22,278 nt of DNA from Candidatus Thorarchaeota archaeon SMTZ1-45 (GTDB taxonomy: Archaea; Asgardarchaeota; Thorarchaeia; Thorarchaeales; Thorarchaeaceae), in the NCBI GenBank assembly GCA_001563335.1, contig LRSL01000043.1, forward strand, positions 1 through 22,278, in the 5' to 3' direction. Below the pieces are notes generated by a model. The model saw only the letters and a program-made list of their open reading frames with translations, had not been told where the DNA came from and ran no database searches. Each line of letters starts with the position of its first letter. Within the stretch, counting starts at the first letter, position 1. Below, one piece after another: positions 1 to 7,609 of this stretch. Made by a program: the position numbers and the translations under genes.

Positions 1-388
1 CCTGCGGAGGTTTACTACGCAGTCTGTCGTTGCTCGGCTGGTGCCGACGCAGAGCGTAGTCAGGAGCGTTGAAGTACATTCTCCGGGATGTGTGGATGCA
101 AAATTGTAACACTGACCGTTTGTGCTGACCGAGCTAACCTAGACCAAGCGAGTCTAGGGACACCGGCAGATAGGCAGTTGGGCTGGGGCGGCACACGGCT
201 GACAAGAGATCAGCCGTGACCAATGCTGAGCTCAGAGGCGACGGAAACGTCTCGTTGAGATTAAGGGCATAAGCTCGGCTGACAGGATCCCGAAAAGCAA
301 CGGATCCTGGGTAGAAATACTGGCCTAGCGAACCTCAATATTGCCAATTGCAAGTGATTGAGATGACAAAAAACTTACCCCAGGGGTA
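1..388 (+). rRNA. rrl: 23S rRNA, 5' exon (partial; domain V from ~E. coli 2064 to A2450)
   Basis: P-loop-like GGCTGGGGCGGC (181-192), GGCCTAGCGAAC, and H74 strands CCTGCGGAGGTTT (1-13) / AAACTTACCCCAGG (371-384) that pair, followed by GGTA. Archaeal-type sequence, truncated by the window start. Confidence 0.96.
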
Positions 389-404
389 ATCTCTAGCCGG
401 TCGT

Positions 405-426
405 CAAAAGGCGAGTATAATAAATA
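405..426 (+). promoter_or_regulatory. Possible intron-internal archaeal promoter (BRE/TATA-like)
   Basis: Purine-rich CAAAAGGCGAG followed by TATAATAAATA (416-426), 20-30 nt upstream of GTG 446. Confidence 0.35.
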
Positions 427-445
427 CATCATTGCCGTTTAATGA

Positions 446-1162
446 GTGGAGAAAATGGAACGCTGGCGAATATCAGAAGATGAGGATTTGGAGAAAGAGA
501 ATCTGAAGAAGCCAGAATCTCTGAATCGAAGGTACATTGAACAATTGTTCGAGGGTACAGATCGCATCGCTGAAACAATGCTAGCTAGCGTAAACATAGC
601 CTATCTCGCAGGCATTACTGAAGATGCCCACCTTGGCCAAGGTGGAAAAGAAGGATATGTCTTTGACATCGAATCTAAATCAGAACGATGGCTGACTGAC
701 ATAGTTATGCCTGCACTCAAACTTGAGCTTTCTGAGGAAAAGGAAGTTAAAGTCACACGACGTGGTACCAGACCTGAATATCGTATTCAGGTGTGGGATA
801 AAGATCTCGTTGAAACCCTTCGAGTACTATTCGAAAGGCCTGGAATAGTCCGATTATGGAGTATTCGAAAACAACGAGCATGGGTTCGAGGACTTGCTGA
901 TGCAGAAGGATCAGCAACTCGGAACACAGACAAACAACCACAGTTCAGTTTCTACAACAAAGACTTTGAAAAACTCAAGATTGCAGGCGAAATCCTTGAG
1001 AAAGATGGTGTCCACTTTGGCTTCTACCTACCACAAGGTAGAGATGTGTGGCAAATGTATCTAACAGGTCGCGAGAATCTAAAGCGTTTCCTTGATGGGG
1101 AAGCTTCTGGGGTGAGCCATCCAGAGAAACGTTCACGCTTACTTCAATACCTTGCCGAGTAG
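446..1162 (+). CDS. Intron-encoded two-motif LAGLIDADG homing endonuclease (start GTG 446 or ATG 455)
   Basis: Motifs IAYLAGITEDAHL (degenerate) and AWVRGLADAEGS about 95 aa apart, plus FSFYNKD..KL and C-terminal SHPEKR typical of LAGLIDADG_3-like domains. The ORF fills the intron loop and stops just before the closing stem. Confidence 0.9.
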   Translation: MEKMERWRISEDEDLEKENLKKPESLNRRYIEQLFEGTDRIAETMLASVNIAYLAGITEDAHLGQGGKEGYVFDIESKSERWLTDIVMPALKLELSEEKEVKVTRRGTRPEYRIQVWDKDLVETLRVLFERPGIVRLWSIRKQRAWVRGLADAEGSATRNTDKQPQFSFYNKDFEKLKIAGEILEKDGVHFGFYLPQGRDVWQMYLTGRENLKRFLDGEASGVSHPEKRSRLLQYLAE

Positions 1163-1181
1163 CGCCGACTAGGGACCCTAA

Positions 1182-1575
<394 letters not shown>

Positions 1576-1602
1576 GATCAAAAGTGTGCTTCGCACAGTA
1601 CC

Positions 1603-1670
1603 TAGAGTTGTCCAAGGGTGCTGTAGTAACAGAAAAAGTATCTCCATCCTTTGTTAGTTATTTTTGCATC
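1603..1670 (+). repeat. Intergenic direct repeat, copy 1 (just after the 23S 3' end)
   Basis: TAGAGTTGTCCAAGGGTGCTGTAGTAACAGAAAAAGTATCTCCATCCTTTGTTAG plus a T-tract. 1613-1655 matches copy 5 at 39 of 44 aligned positions. Confidence 0.85.
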
Positions 1671-1888
1671 TCATAGTATGTTATTCTTCTTGATTCTACT
1701 AATGATCGACATCAACACAGGAGAAGGAAGCCAGGTCTTCAGGAGGGATTCCATCCCGGTGATTGTTGACAAAGCTCTTGCTAATTCTACATACCATTAG
1801 AATGTGGGAAGTGGTGACACCAGCAAGGGAAGGGTGGAACATAGGAGTTTTCATCAGTTGAATTCACTCACACGGTGGAAACGGGTTA

Positions 1889-1956
1889 TAGAGTTGTCTA
1901 GGAGTGTATTGTAGAAAAAGCGACCCCCATCCTTTGTGGTTTCATTTTTTGAATTC
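1889..1956 (+). repeat. Intergenic direct repeat, copy 2
   Basis: TAGAGTTGTCTAGGAGTG...TAGAAAAAGCGACCCCCATCCTTTGT plus a T-tract; shares both left and right blocks with copy 1. Confidence 0.85.
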
Positions 1957-2069
1957 AGATGATAGTACTTGCATCTATTCTCCATTGTGAATGAGCAGTT
2001 TCAAACACAACAGGATTGATTAGATGGAATAACCAACATGATGCTGAGGGAGGAATTCTGCGACCACAG

Positions 2070-3269
2070 ATGACTATCACAGGTTTTCTATTGTTTCTCT
2101 TACTTATTCCTCTCGTTTCTCCTATTGCGATTGTTGAAATCAGCTCATCACCTAAAGGAGTTGCAATATACGCGTCAATCCATGACCCAATTGTGATTAT
2201 ATCAGATAGTGATTTTGAGATGCAAGGTTGGCCTGGTAATGGCTCAGAAAACAATCCATATCTGATTGAGGATTTAGAGATTAAGTCTTCGCAGACAGTG
2301 GAAGCATGTATCCAAGTTTCATATACATCAGTCTATTTTATAATCCGTAATTGCACCCTAACTTATGAAACCCTCAATAGTGGGTACTATAAGCCAGATG
2401 GAATTATTCTACATTTGGTGTCTAATGCCCGAATCGAAAATTGCACAATCACAAATTTGAGTAAAGGAATACATTTGCATTTTGTTGAAAATTCAATGAT
2501 AAATTGGAACTCCCTGCGCTTCAACAGAATTGGGACAGTCATCTACGAATCTACAGACTGCAATATTACAGAGAACTTCATCGCTTACAATACTGAAATT
2601 GGCGTATTTTTGGATGGCGAAAGCAACCGAAATCGTATTTTCAATAATACCATTGGCTATAATCAAGCAGACCTAGCCCATGCTGAATACAACGCTCAAG
2701 ATGATGGTCACGACAATCTCTGGGATGACAATAAAACTATTGGAAATGCTTGGAGCGATTACTCTGGTGAGGGCGTGTACAATATCTCTGGATACGCAAA
2801 CAGTGTGGATAGGTTTCCAAGATTAGTACAGTTTGACTTAGCTGGCCCTGAACTTTATGGGGTCACAGACTGGCGTGTGACTGTGTATCCAGGACCTTGT
2901 CCATTCTCAGATCTGACCATCTATGCCTCAGCGCGTGATCAAACTGGAGTTGATGGCGTTTTCATCTTATACAGCAGCTCATTAAATGAAACTTGGACTT
3001 GCATAGAAATGACATATACTCCCACAGAACAGTATCCTGATCGTTACATATTCCATATTGACGGTCCATTCTACTCATTCGACTTCATTCGATACTATTA
3101 TGTCTGGGCAAATGACACTTTAGGTCTTGATTCAACTTCAGAAATGCTTGGCAATTGGAATCATTGCATTGGAGGTCCAAACCCTTTTCCCTTAATTTTT
3201 GGTATCATGATTACAGTCTGCGGAGCAATAGTTGTATCTTTCATAGTTAGTCGAAAAAAGCGCAAGTGA
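2070..3269 (+). CDS. Secreted, membrane-anchored right-handed beta-helix (NosD/CASH-like) protein
   Basis: Hydrophobic signal peptide (MTITGFLLFLLLIPL), GWPGNGSENNPYLIEDL motif, Asn-rich I.NN.I..N...GI.L repeats, NLWDD...GNAWSDY..., and a C-terminal TM helix plus RKKRK. The ORF track starts at TTG 2016; ATG 2070 fits the signal peptide better. Confidence 0.85.
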   Translation: MTITGFLLFLLLIPLVSPIAIVEISSSPKGVAIYASIHDPIVIISDSDFEMQGWPGNGSENNPYLIEDLEIKSSQTVEACIQVSYTSVYFIIRNCTLTYETLNSGYYKPDGIILHLVSNARIENCTITNLSKGIHLHFVENSMINWNSLRFNRIGTVIYESTDCNITENFIAYNTEIGVFLDGESNRNRIFNNTIGYNQADLAHAEYNAQDDGHDNLWDDNKTIGNAWSDYSGEGVYNISGYANSVDRFPRLVQFDLAGPELYGVTDWRVTVYPGPCPFSDLTIYASARDQTGVDGVFILYSSSLNETWTCIEMTYTPTEQYPDRYIFHIDGPFYSFDFIRYYYVWANDTLGLDSTSEMLGNWNHCIGGPNPFPLIFGIMITVCGAIVVSFIVSRKKRK

Positions 3270-3318
3270 AAACCGTTCATTTCATGGGTTTTTAAACTCT
3301 CAATAGCAACAGCTATCC

Positions 3319-3352
3319 TAGAACTATGACCTTCATCCTTTGATGTCTTTTA
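3319..3352 (+). repeat. Intergenic direct repeat, copy 3 (right block only)
   Basis: TAGAACTATGACCTTCATCCTTTG; 21 of 25 aligned positions match copy 4. Confidence 0.75.
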
Positions 3353-3444
3353 CTCATATCTTTAGAAAGTAGTATTCATTCAGTGTACCTTGATGGTAGA
3401 TTTGATTAGAGAACTTACACTATTTTCCATTAGTGGAGTATAGG

Positions 3445-3927
3445 ATGAGATTTTCTTTTGTATTAATACTGGCATCACTAACAATTGTGTCAGCATTGCT
3501 ACTACCGATGGGCACGGTGGTGGAAGTAGTAGCCTACTTTGGCCATAGCGGTGTATATTTTTCGGGTCTTATTGATTTGTCAATTTTTGGATTGAATTCC
3601 CTATGCCGCTCGTTTCCTGGAATTGAATTTGTTTTCATATTGTGGATATTCGTTGCATCACTTCAAGCATTAAACCTACTCGCACTTTCTCGTGGAAAGG
3701 TTCCTCTAATAGTGGCATGGTTGGTCTTTCTGTCAACACTCATCGCCCAACTATACATCCCATCATTGGTTCTTGACTTAGCTCTTCCGGTTCCACTTCT
3801 AACAAGCCGTACGTGTGAGCCAAATATCATCTGTTCATGGCTTGCAGCTCTTTGTCTAGTCGCAATCAGTTTTGGATACATACTGAAAGACAGCAGTAAC
3901 CAGTGGCTAAGAGTAGGATATGGCTGA
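3445..3927 (+). CDS. Hypothetical multi-pass membrane protein (~4 TM)
   Basis: Several hydrophobic stretches; ATG 3445 preceded by GGAG (alternative GTG 3433). Confidence 0.75.
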   Translation: MRFSFVLILASLTIVSALLLPMGTVVEVVAYFGHSGVYFSGLIDLSIFGLNSLCRSFPGIEFVFILWIFVASLQALNLLALSRGKVPLIVAWLVFLSTLIAQLYIPSLVLDLALPVPLLTSRTCEPNIICSWLAALCLVAISFGYILKDSSNQWLRVGYG

Positions 3928-3947
3928 TATGAGTCCCATACTGTCTA

Positions 3948-4010
3948 AGTTGTCTATGTTTCTTATAGAACCAGCGACCTCCATCCTTTGTTAGCGTTTT
4001 TTATGCATTC
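3948..4010 (+). repeat. Intergenic direct repeat, copy 4
   Basis: AGTTGTCTA...TAGAACCAGCGACCTCCATCCTTTGTTAG plus a T-tract; right block matches copy 2 at 23 of 26 positions. Confidence 0.85.
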
Positions 4011-4073
4011 ACAATGTTCACATTAAACTGTAAGTTTATCTCCCTTCTAGTCTAATTAAAAACCGGTAGGGAT

Positions 4074-4373
4074 ATGAGTAGTCACCAAGAAGAGATCGAA
4101 CCTACTCAGCCATCGAAGAGGAAACGCATTGGCAGGATTTTCTTTTTATTGGGACTTGCACTTGTCGTGATTGGATTAGTTTCCTCAGTTTTAATTTCCA
4201 TAGTTTCAGCTTATTCGGGTTCAGTTCCTCTCATTGCTAATTTCGAGTATATCCAGTTTCTTCTTGTTATAAGTGGCGTATTATTGATGCTTGCTGGAAT
4301 CGCTACAGTTCTTCTTCCTGAAGGTCTAGCAAAAGTTGGAATCTGGAGTATACAAACAGGACCATATCATTAA
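4074..4373 (+). CDS. Small 2-TM membrane protein with C-terminal LPEGL.K.G.WS.QTGPYH motif (paralogue A)
   Basis: Basic N-terminus, two hydrophobic helices, clear similarity to 6143-6436. Confidence 0.85.
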   Translation: MSSHQEEIEPTQPSKRKRIGRIFFLLGLALVVIGLVSSVLISIVSAYSGSVPLIANFEYIQFLLVISGVLLMLAGIATVLLPEGLAKVGIWSIQTGPYH

Positions 4374-4481
4374 GATAAATCCTGCTTATTGTTATGCTAG
4401 TTTTACCTCCTAAATTAGAATTCGTTATAGAACATGCTATCATGAAGTTTTCAAAGAACTGACTATGGACAATCCAAACTT

Positions 4482-4540
4482 CAAGGGTGCTGTAATGACA
4501 AGAGAAAGTATCTCCATCATTTGTTGTCCTTCTTTTCATT
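4482..4540 (+). repeat. Intergenic direct repeat, copy 5
   Basis: CAAGGGTGCTGTAATGACAAGAGAAAGTATCTCCATCATTTGTT, nearly identical to copy 1. Confidence 0.85.
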
Positions 4541-4619
4541 GTATCTTTAATGTTTAGCATAGATTTTTCATCTTTTTAGCTAGATGTTGATTGAATAAAC
4601 TAGAATTGGGATTCACACA

Positions 4620-5456
4620 ATGTTTCGGAGAGTTCTGTTGTTCCGGAACTTAACAGATAATATACCAAAGAACATTGGACTGTACTCAGTGGGAGTAATG
4701 CTTCTCTTCTTGTTTCGAATAACAATTGACCTATTACAAACTCTATTGGGACTACTTGCTTTCCTAATTTCTTACTCCTCGATTTATGTGCTAAACGATT
4801 TATTTGATGTTGATGATGACAAGAAGGACAATAGGAAAGCCCATAGAAAACCTTTAGCTAATGATGTTGTCAAAGAGGAAGATGCGATACGGATCTTCGC
4901 CTCATTCTTACTTCTGGGTTTAGTGCTCTCTGTTATTCTCAATCTACTATTCTTCTGTGTTGTTTGCTCACTGGTTTTCACTAACATAATCTATTCTCTT
5001 CCGATGTCACACATCAGGAAGAGGAGTTTTGAGGAAGGGAGTCCAAGAAGTTTGAAGCATACAATACTCAGTTTGCCTTTGGTTCTCCTTATGCAACTAT
5101 TGAAGATCTTTCTTCCATGGACTCTGAGTACAGAGGTGATGCAATTCCCTGTGCTATTTGCAATCGGATTTTCACTTCTCTATGTTATAATCTTCAAAGG
5201 CTACAAAGAATATCGAACTATCGGAGAATCCGTGAAGCAAACACCGTTTTTCCTTGGTTTCGCGATTATTGTTTTTGTCATATCAATGAGCATGTATCCC
5301 GAACCACTAGTTCAAGCATCAATAGTTCTCTACATATTATTAGGAATCTGGTTCTTCCGGAACTCACGTCTCACTGATAGAAAGGTCCTCTTACTAAGCC
5401 CAGTGTATATCCTTCTAGGAATCGTTGTTCTGTTCTTTCTGATATCAAACATTTAG
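4620..5456 (+). CDS. UbiA-superfamily intramembrane prenyltransferase-like protein
   Basis: YVLNDLFDVDDDK...KAHRKPLA matches the first Asp-rich UbiA motif (ND..D...D...RPL); NIIYS motif; about 8 TM helices. Confidence 0.82.
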   Translation: MFRRVLLFRNLTDNIPKNIGLYSVGVMLLFLFRITIDLLQTLLGLLAFLISYSSIYVLNDLFDVDDDKKDNRKAHRKPLANDVVKEEDAIRIFASFLLLGLVLSVILNLLFFCVVCSLVFTNIIYSLPMSHIRKRSFEEGSPRSLKHTILSLPLVLLMQLLKIFLPWTLSTEVMQFPVLFAIGFSLLYVIIFKGYKEYRTIGESVKQTPFFLGFAIIVFVISMSMYPEPLVQASIVLYILLGIWFFRNSRLTDRKVLLLSPVYILLGIVVLFFLISNI

Positions 5457-5463
5457 GGATACA

Positions 5464-5994
5464 TTACATCGAGTCATTGTCACCATGGTCTTGTGGCTTA
5501 AGGACTAACTCATATAACGCAACATCAAGTCCCCAGAAATGCCGCTGTAGATAGCCACTCTTTTTGAAACCAAACCTCTCATAAAGCGAAATAGCGTCAC
5601 TCATGAAAGGTGCTGTGTCTAACCAGACCTTGAACGAGTCATTTTCCTTTGCATATTCAATGACTTTTTCGACAAGAGCTGTTCCTACACCCATTCTTCT
5701 ATGATTCTTATCAACAGCCATGTGTGTCAGAAGGCATGCTCCGTGTTCGAGTTTACAACCAACAACCCCAATGATAGAGTTTCTGAATACAACCACCAAA
5801 TAGGTGTCTTGTTGTATCCATTGTATCATTTCCATCTTGGAGGGTTGTCTTGATTGTAGGAGCTTCTCTGGAAAATCACTTTTGAACTCATCCCAGACAC
5901 GCTTGTATAACGCTGAAATCTGTTCTGCATCCTCTTCATCAGCACATCTTATTTCAAGAGAGGGGTTGATGGAGTTCAAGTGATTGGGACACAT
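5464..5994 (-). CDS. GNAT family N-acetyltransferase
   Basis: Motif A MAVDKNHRRMGVGTALV and motif B AISLYERFGF. Confidence 0.92.
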   Translation of the reverse strand: MCPNHLNSINPSLEIRCADEEDAEQISALYKRVWDEFKSDFPEKLLQSRQPSKMEMIQWIQQDTYLVVVFRNSIIGVVGCKLEHGACLLTHMAVDKNHRRMGVGTALVEKVIEYAKENDSFKVWLDTAPFMSDAISLYERFGFKKSGYLQRHFWGLDVALYELVLKPQDHGDNDSM

Positions 5995-6142
5995 GATTAG
6001 GTTTCTACCACAATCTGACTAGAGTTTTACGATAGCTGTAGCTTAGAAAGGTCATGACAAAATTATTGTTATGAGCACAACTCATGGTCTGAATTTAGCT
6101 CAATGTTTATCTCAATTTGTGTGTAATTTACTTGGGCAAATC

Positions 6143-6436
6143 ATGACAGAATCTAAAGACAATAAGAAAATCTCAGCGAAACGATTGATTGGTAAGATTG
6201 GACTAGCTATAGGATTAATTGCCATAGTCTTTGTAATAGTTTTCGGGATGCTTGCATCATGGGTCGCTGCATATGGTGGTTCTATAGAATTAGTTCGTAT
6301 GTATGAGGTTTTCTCAGCCCCAGTTTTCGTCTTCGGTATTCTGTTCTTATTGGGTGGTCTAGTAGCCATATTTCTGCCCGAAGGCCTGTCTAAAGATGGT
6401 CTATGGAGTATGCAGACCGGACCATATCATAGATGA
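6143..6436 (+). CDS. Small 2-TM membrane protein (paralogue B)
   Basis: Ends LPEGLSKDGLWSMQTGPYHR. Start moved from 6071 to ATG 6143 to match the length of paralogue A. Confidence 0.85.
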   Translation: MTESKDNKKISAKRLIGKIGLAIGLIAIVFVIVFGMLASWVAAYGGSIELVRMYEVFSAPVFVFGILFLLGGLVAIFLPEGLSKDGLWSMQTGPYHR

Positions 6437-6619
6437 ACTCTCACTCACGTTAAAATCTGGCTATTGGTTACAACCACCAACAAACCAACTTACACTTAAT
6501 GATATTCCAAATTCGTGAATCCATTCAAATTCGTTATCCCTAAATAGTTCATTTCTAAAGAGTTCTTATTTGCGAAGTGAGTCAGTCATTTGAAAACAGG
6601 TCTTGGATTGGTGTTCTTA

Positions 6620-7522
6620 ATGGACTCAGTCGATATTGGAATTTTAAGAGCTCTTGGTGAAAACTGCAGGGCATCCTACCAAGAGATGGGTCGAAACCTT
6701 GGAATGACAGCAAATGCTGTGAAAAAGCGAGTCAACAAGCTTGTTGAATCAGGCACCATACACAACTTTGTTGTATACCTGAGTCCTGAAATGGCTGACA
6801 TAGAGTTCTATCTGGCAATTGTGAACACAGTCGGAATTGGAATCGAAGAGAAAGTTCTAGAAAAAGTTGTTGAAGACCCACATGTGTTTTCAACAGGTCG
6901 TCTATCAGATGGAAATTGCATAGTTTTCGCAGAATATGAAGGCTCAGAAAATGAATCAAAATTTGAACAATTTCTTCAAGAAATTGATGGGATAACTGGA
7001 GTAGAGATTCACAATCTTCTCTCGCCTCGTGGAAAGAAAGTAGACTTCAAACCTCTACAAATACGAGTCTTAAGATGCTTAGTTGAAGATCCTAGAATCG
7101 CTGCCACAGAAATCGCGACCAAAACGGGACTAACTCCAAGGAGAGTGCGACGTATTATCAAAGAGCTCCTTGAAGGAGGCGGTCTTAATTTTGTTGCCAG
7201 ACTAAACCTGAATGCTGGACCAGGAATCATCTATTATGCACAGATTGTCTGGAACAAGGATAGAGCGACACATACCGAAGTGGAGTATTGGCTTGACAAA
7301 GAATTTGCAGGAGAATACTTTGATTCACATATATCTGCATCTGCCCCGATGATGCTCAGTCTATTTGTTGTGGAACACCTTCGCGATGTAGAACTTCTTT
7401 CAATGAAGATTAGCCAAGGACCAATGATTGAGTCCGTCAAGGCGATTTTTCCATTTCCAACAAAGAAGAATGTCCGATTACAAAGAAGCAAGCTTGAGCA
7501 GCTATTGAATGCATTTGGATGA
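6620..7522 (+). CDS. Tandem-duplicated Lrp/AsnC-family transcriptional regulator
   Basis: Two wHTH plus effector-domain units: MDSVDIGILRALGENCRASYQEMGRNLGMTANAVKKRVNKLVESGTI and LQIRVLRCLVEDPRIAATEIATKTGLTPRRVRRIIKELLEGG. ATG 6620 follows GGTG. Confidence 0.9.
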   Translation: MDSVDIGILRALGENCRASYQEMGRNLGMTANAVKKRVNKLVESGTIHNFVVYLSPEMADIEFYLAIVNTVGIGIEEKVLEKVVEDPHVFSTGRLSDGNCIVFAEYEGSENESKFEQFLQEIDGITGVEIHNLLSPRGKKVDFKPLQIRVLRCLVEDPRIAATEIATKTGLTPRRVRRIIKELLEGGGLNFVARLNLNAGPGIIYYAQIVWNKDRATHTEVEYWLDKEFAGEYFDSHISASAPMMLSLFVVEHLRDVELLSMKISQGPMIESVKAIFPFPTKKNVRLQRSKLEQLLNAFG

Positions 7523-7609
7523 TGAATCAACATAATCGCCGTTTTCGAACTGCGTAGTGCGGCACTCTCAATTCTACTTGAATAGCTAGACTTTTGATGG
7601 TGAAATCTA

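Larger units (their letters stand above)
389..1181 (+). mobile_element. Archaeal (BHB/BHL-type) 23S rRNA intron carrying a homing endonuclease, 793 nt
   Basis: Removing it restores GGGGTA|ACAGAGTTGTCGCGCGCAAGAGTTCATATCGAC. The junctions fold as a 4-bp helix GGGG(383-386)/CCCT(1176-1179), with 3-nt bulges TAA(387-389) and AAA(1180-1182) and an intron stem TCTCTAG(390-396)/CTAGGGA(1169-1175) extended by CGG/CCG. Cutting after the second nt of each bulge gives exactly these ends. Confidence 0.9.

Noticed and set aside
388-1181. Group I intron at L2449
   Set aside because: The site neighbours the common L2449 position, but the insert does not end in G. Only about 57 nt and 19 nt flank the ORF, too little for a P3-P9 core. 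The BHB geometry explains the junctions exactly.
1680-1890. 5S rRNA, tRNA or the displaced sarcin-ricin fragment
   Set aside because: No CCGAAC/GAAGTTAAG 5S motifs, no T-loop cloverleaf and no AGTACGAGAGGA on either strand.
1603-4540. CRISPR array or classical integron attC sites
   Set aside because: The spacers are gene-sized and irregular and no cas genes are present. GTTAG occurs in only two copies and no consistent RYYYAAC...GTTRRRY long palindrome was seen. A formal attC scan is still worth running.
4303-4560. 85-aa minus-strand ORF through repeat copy 5 (repeat as a coding remnant)
   Set aside because: Reading frames across the repeat copies are not preserved (indels, stops), and the ORF overlaps a better-supported gene.
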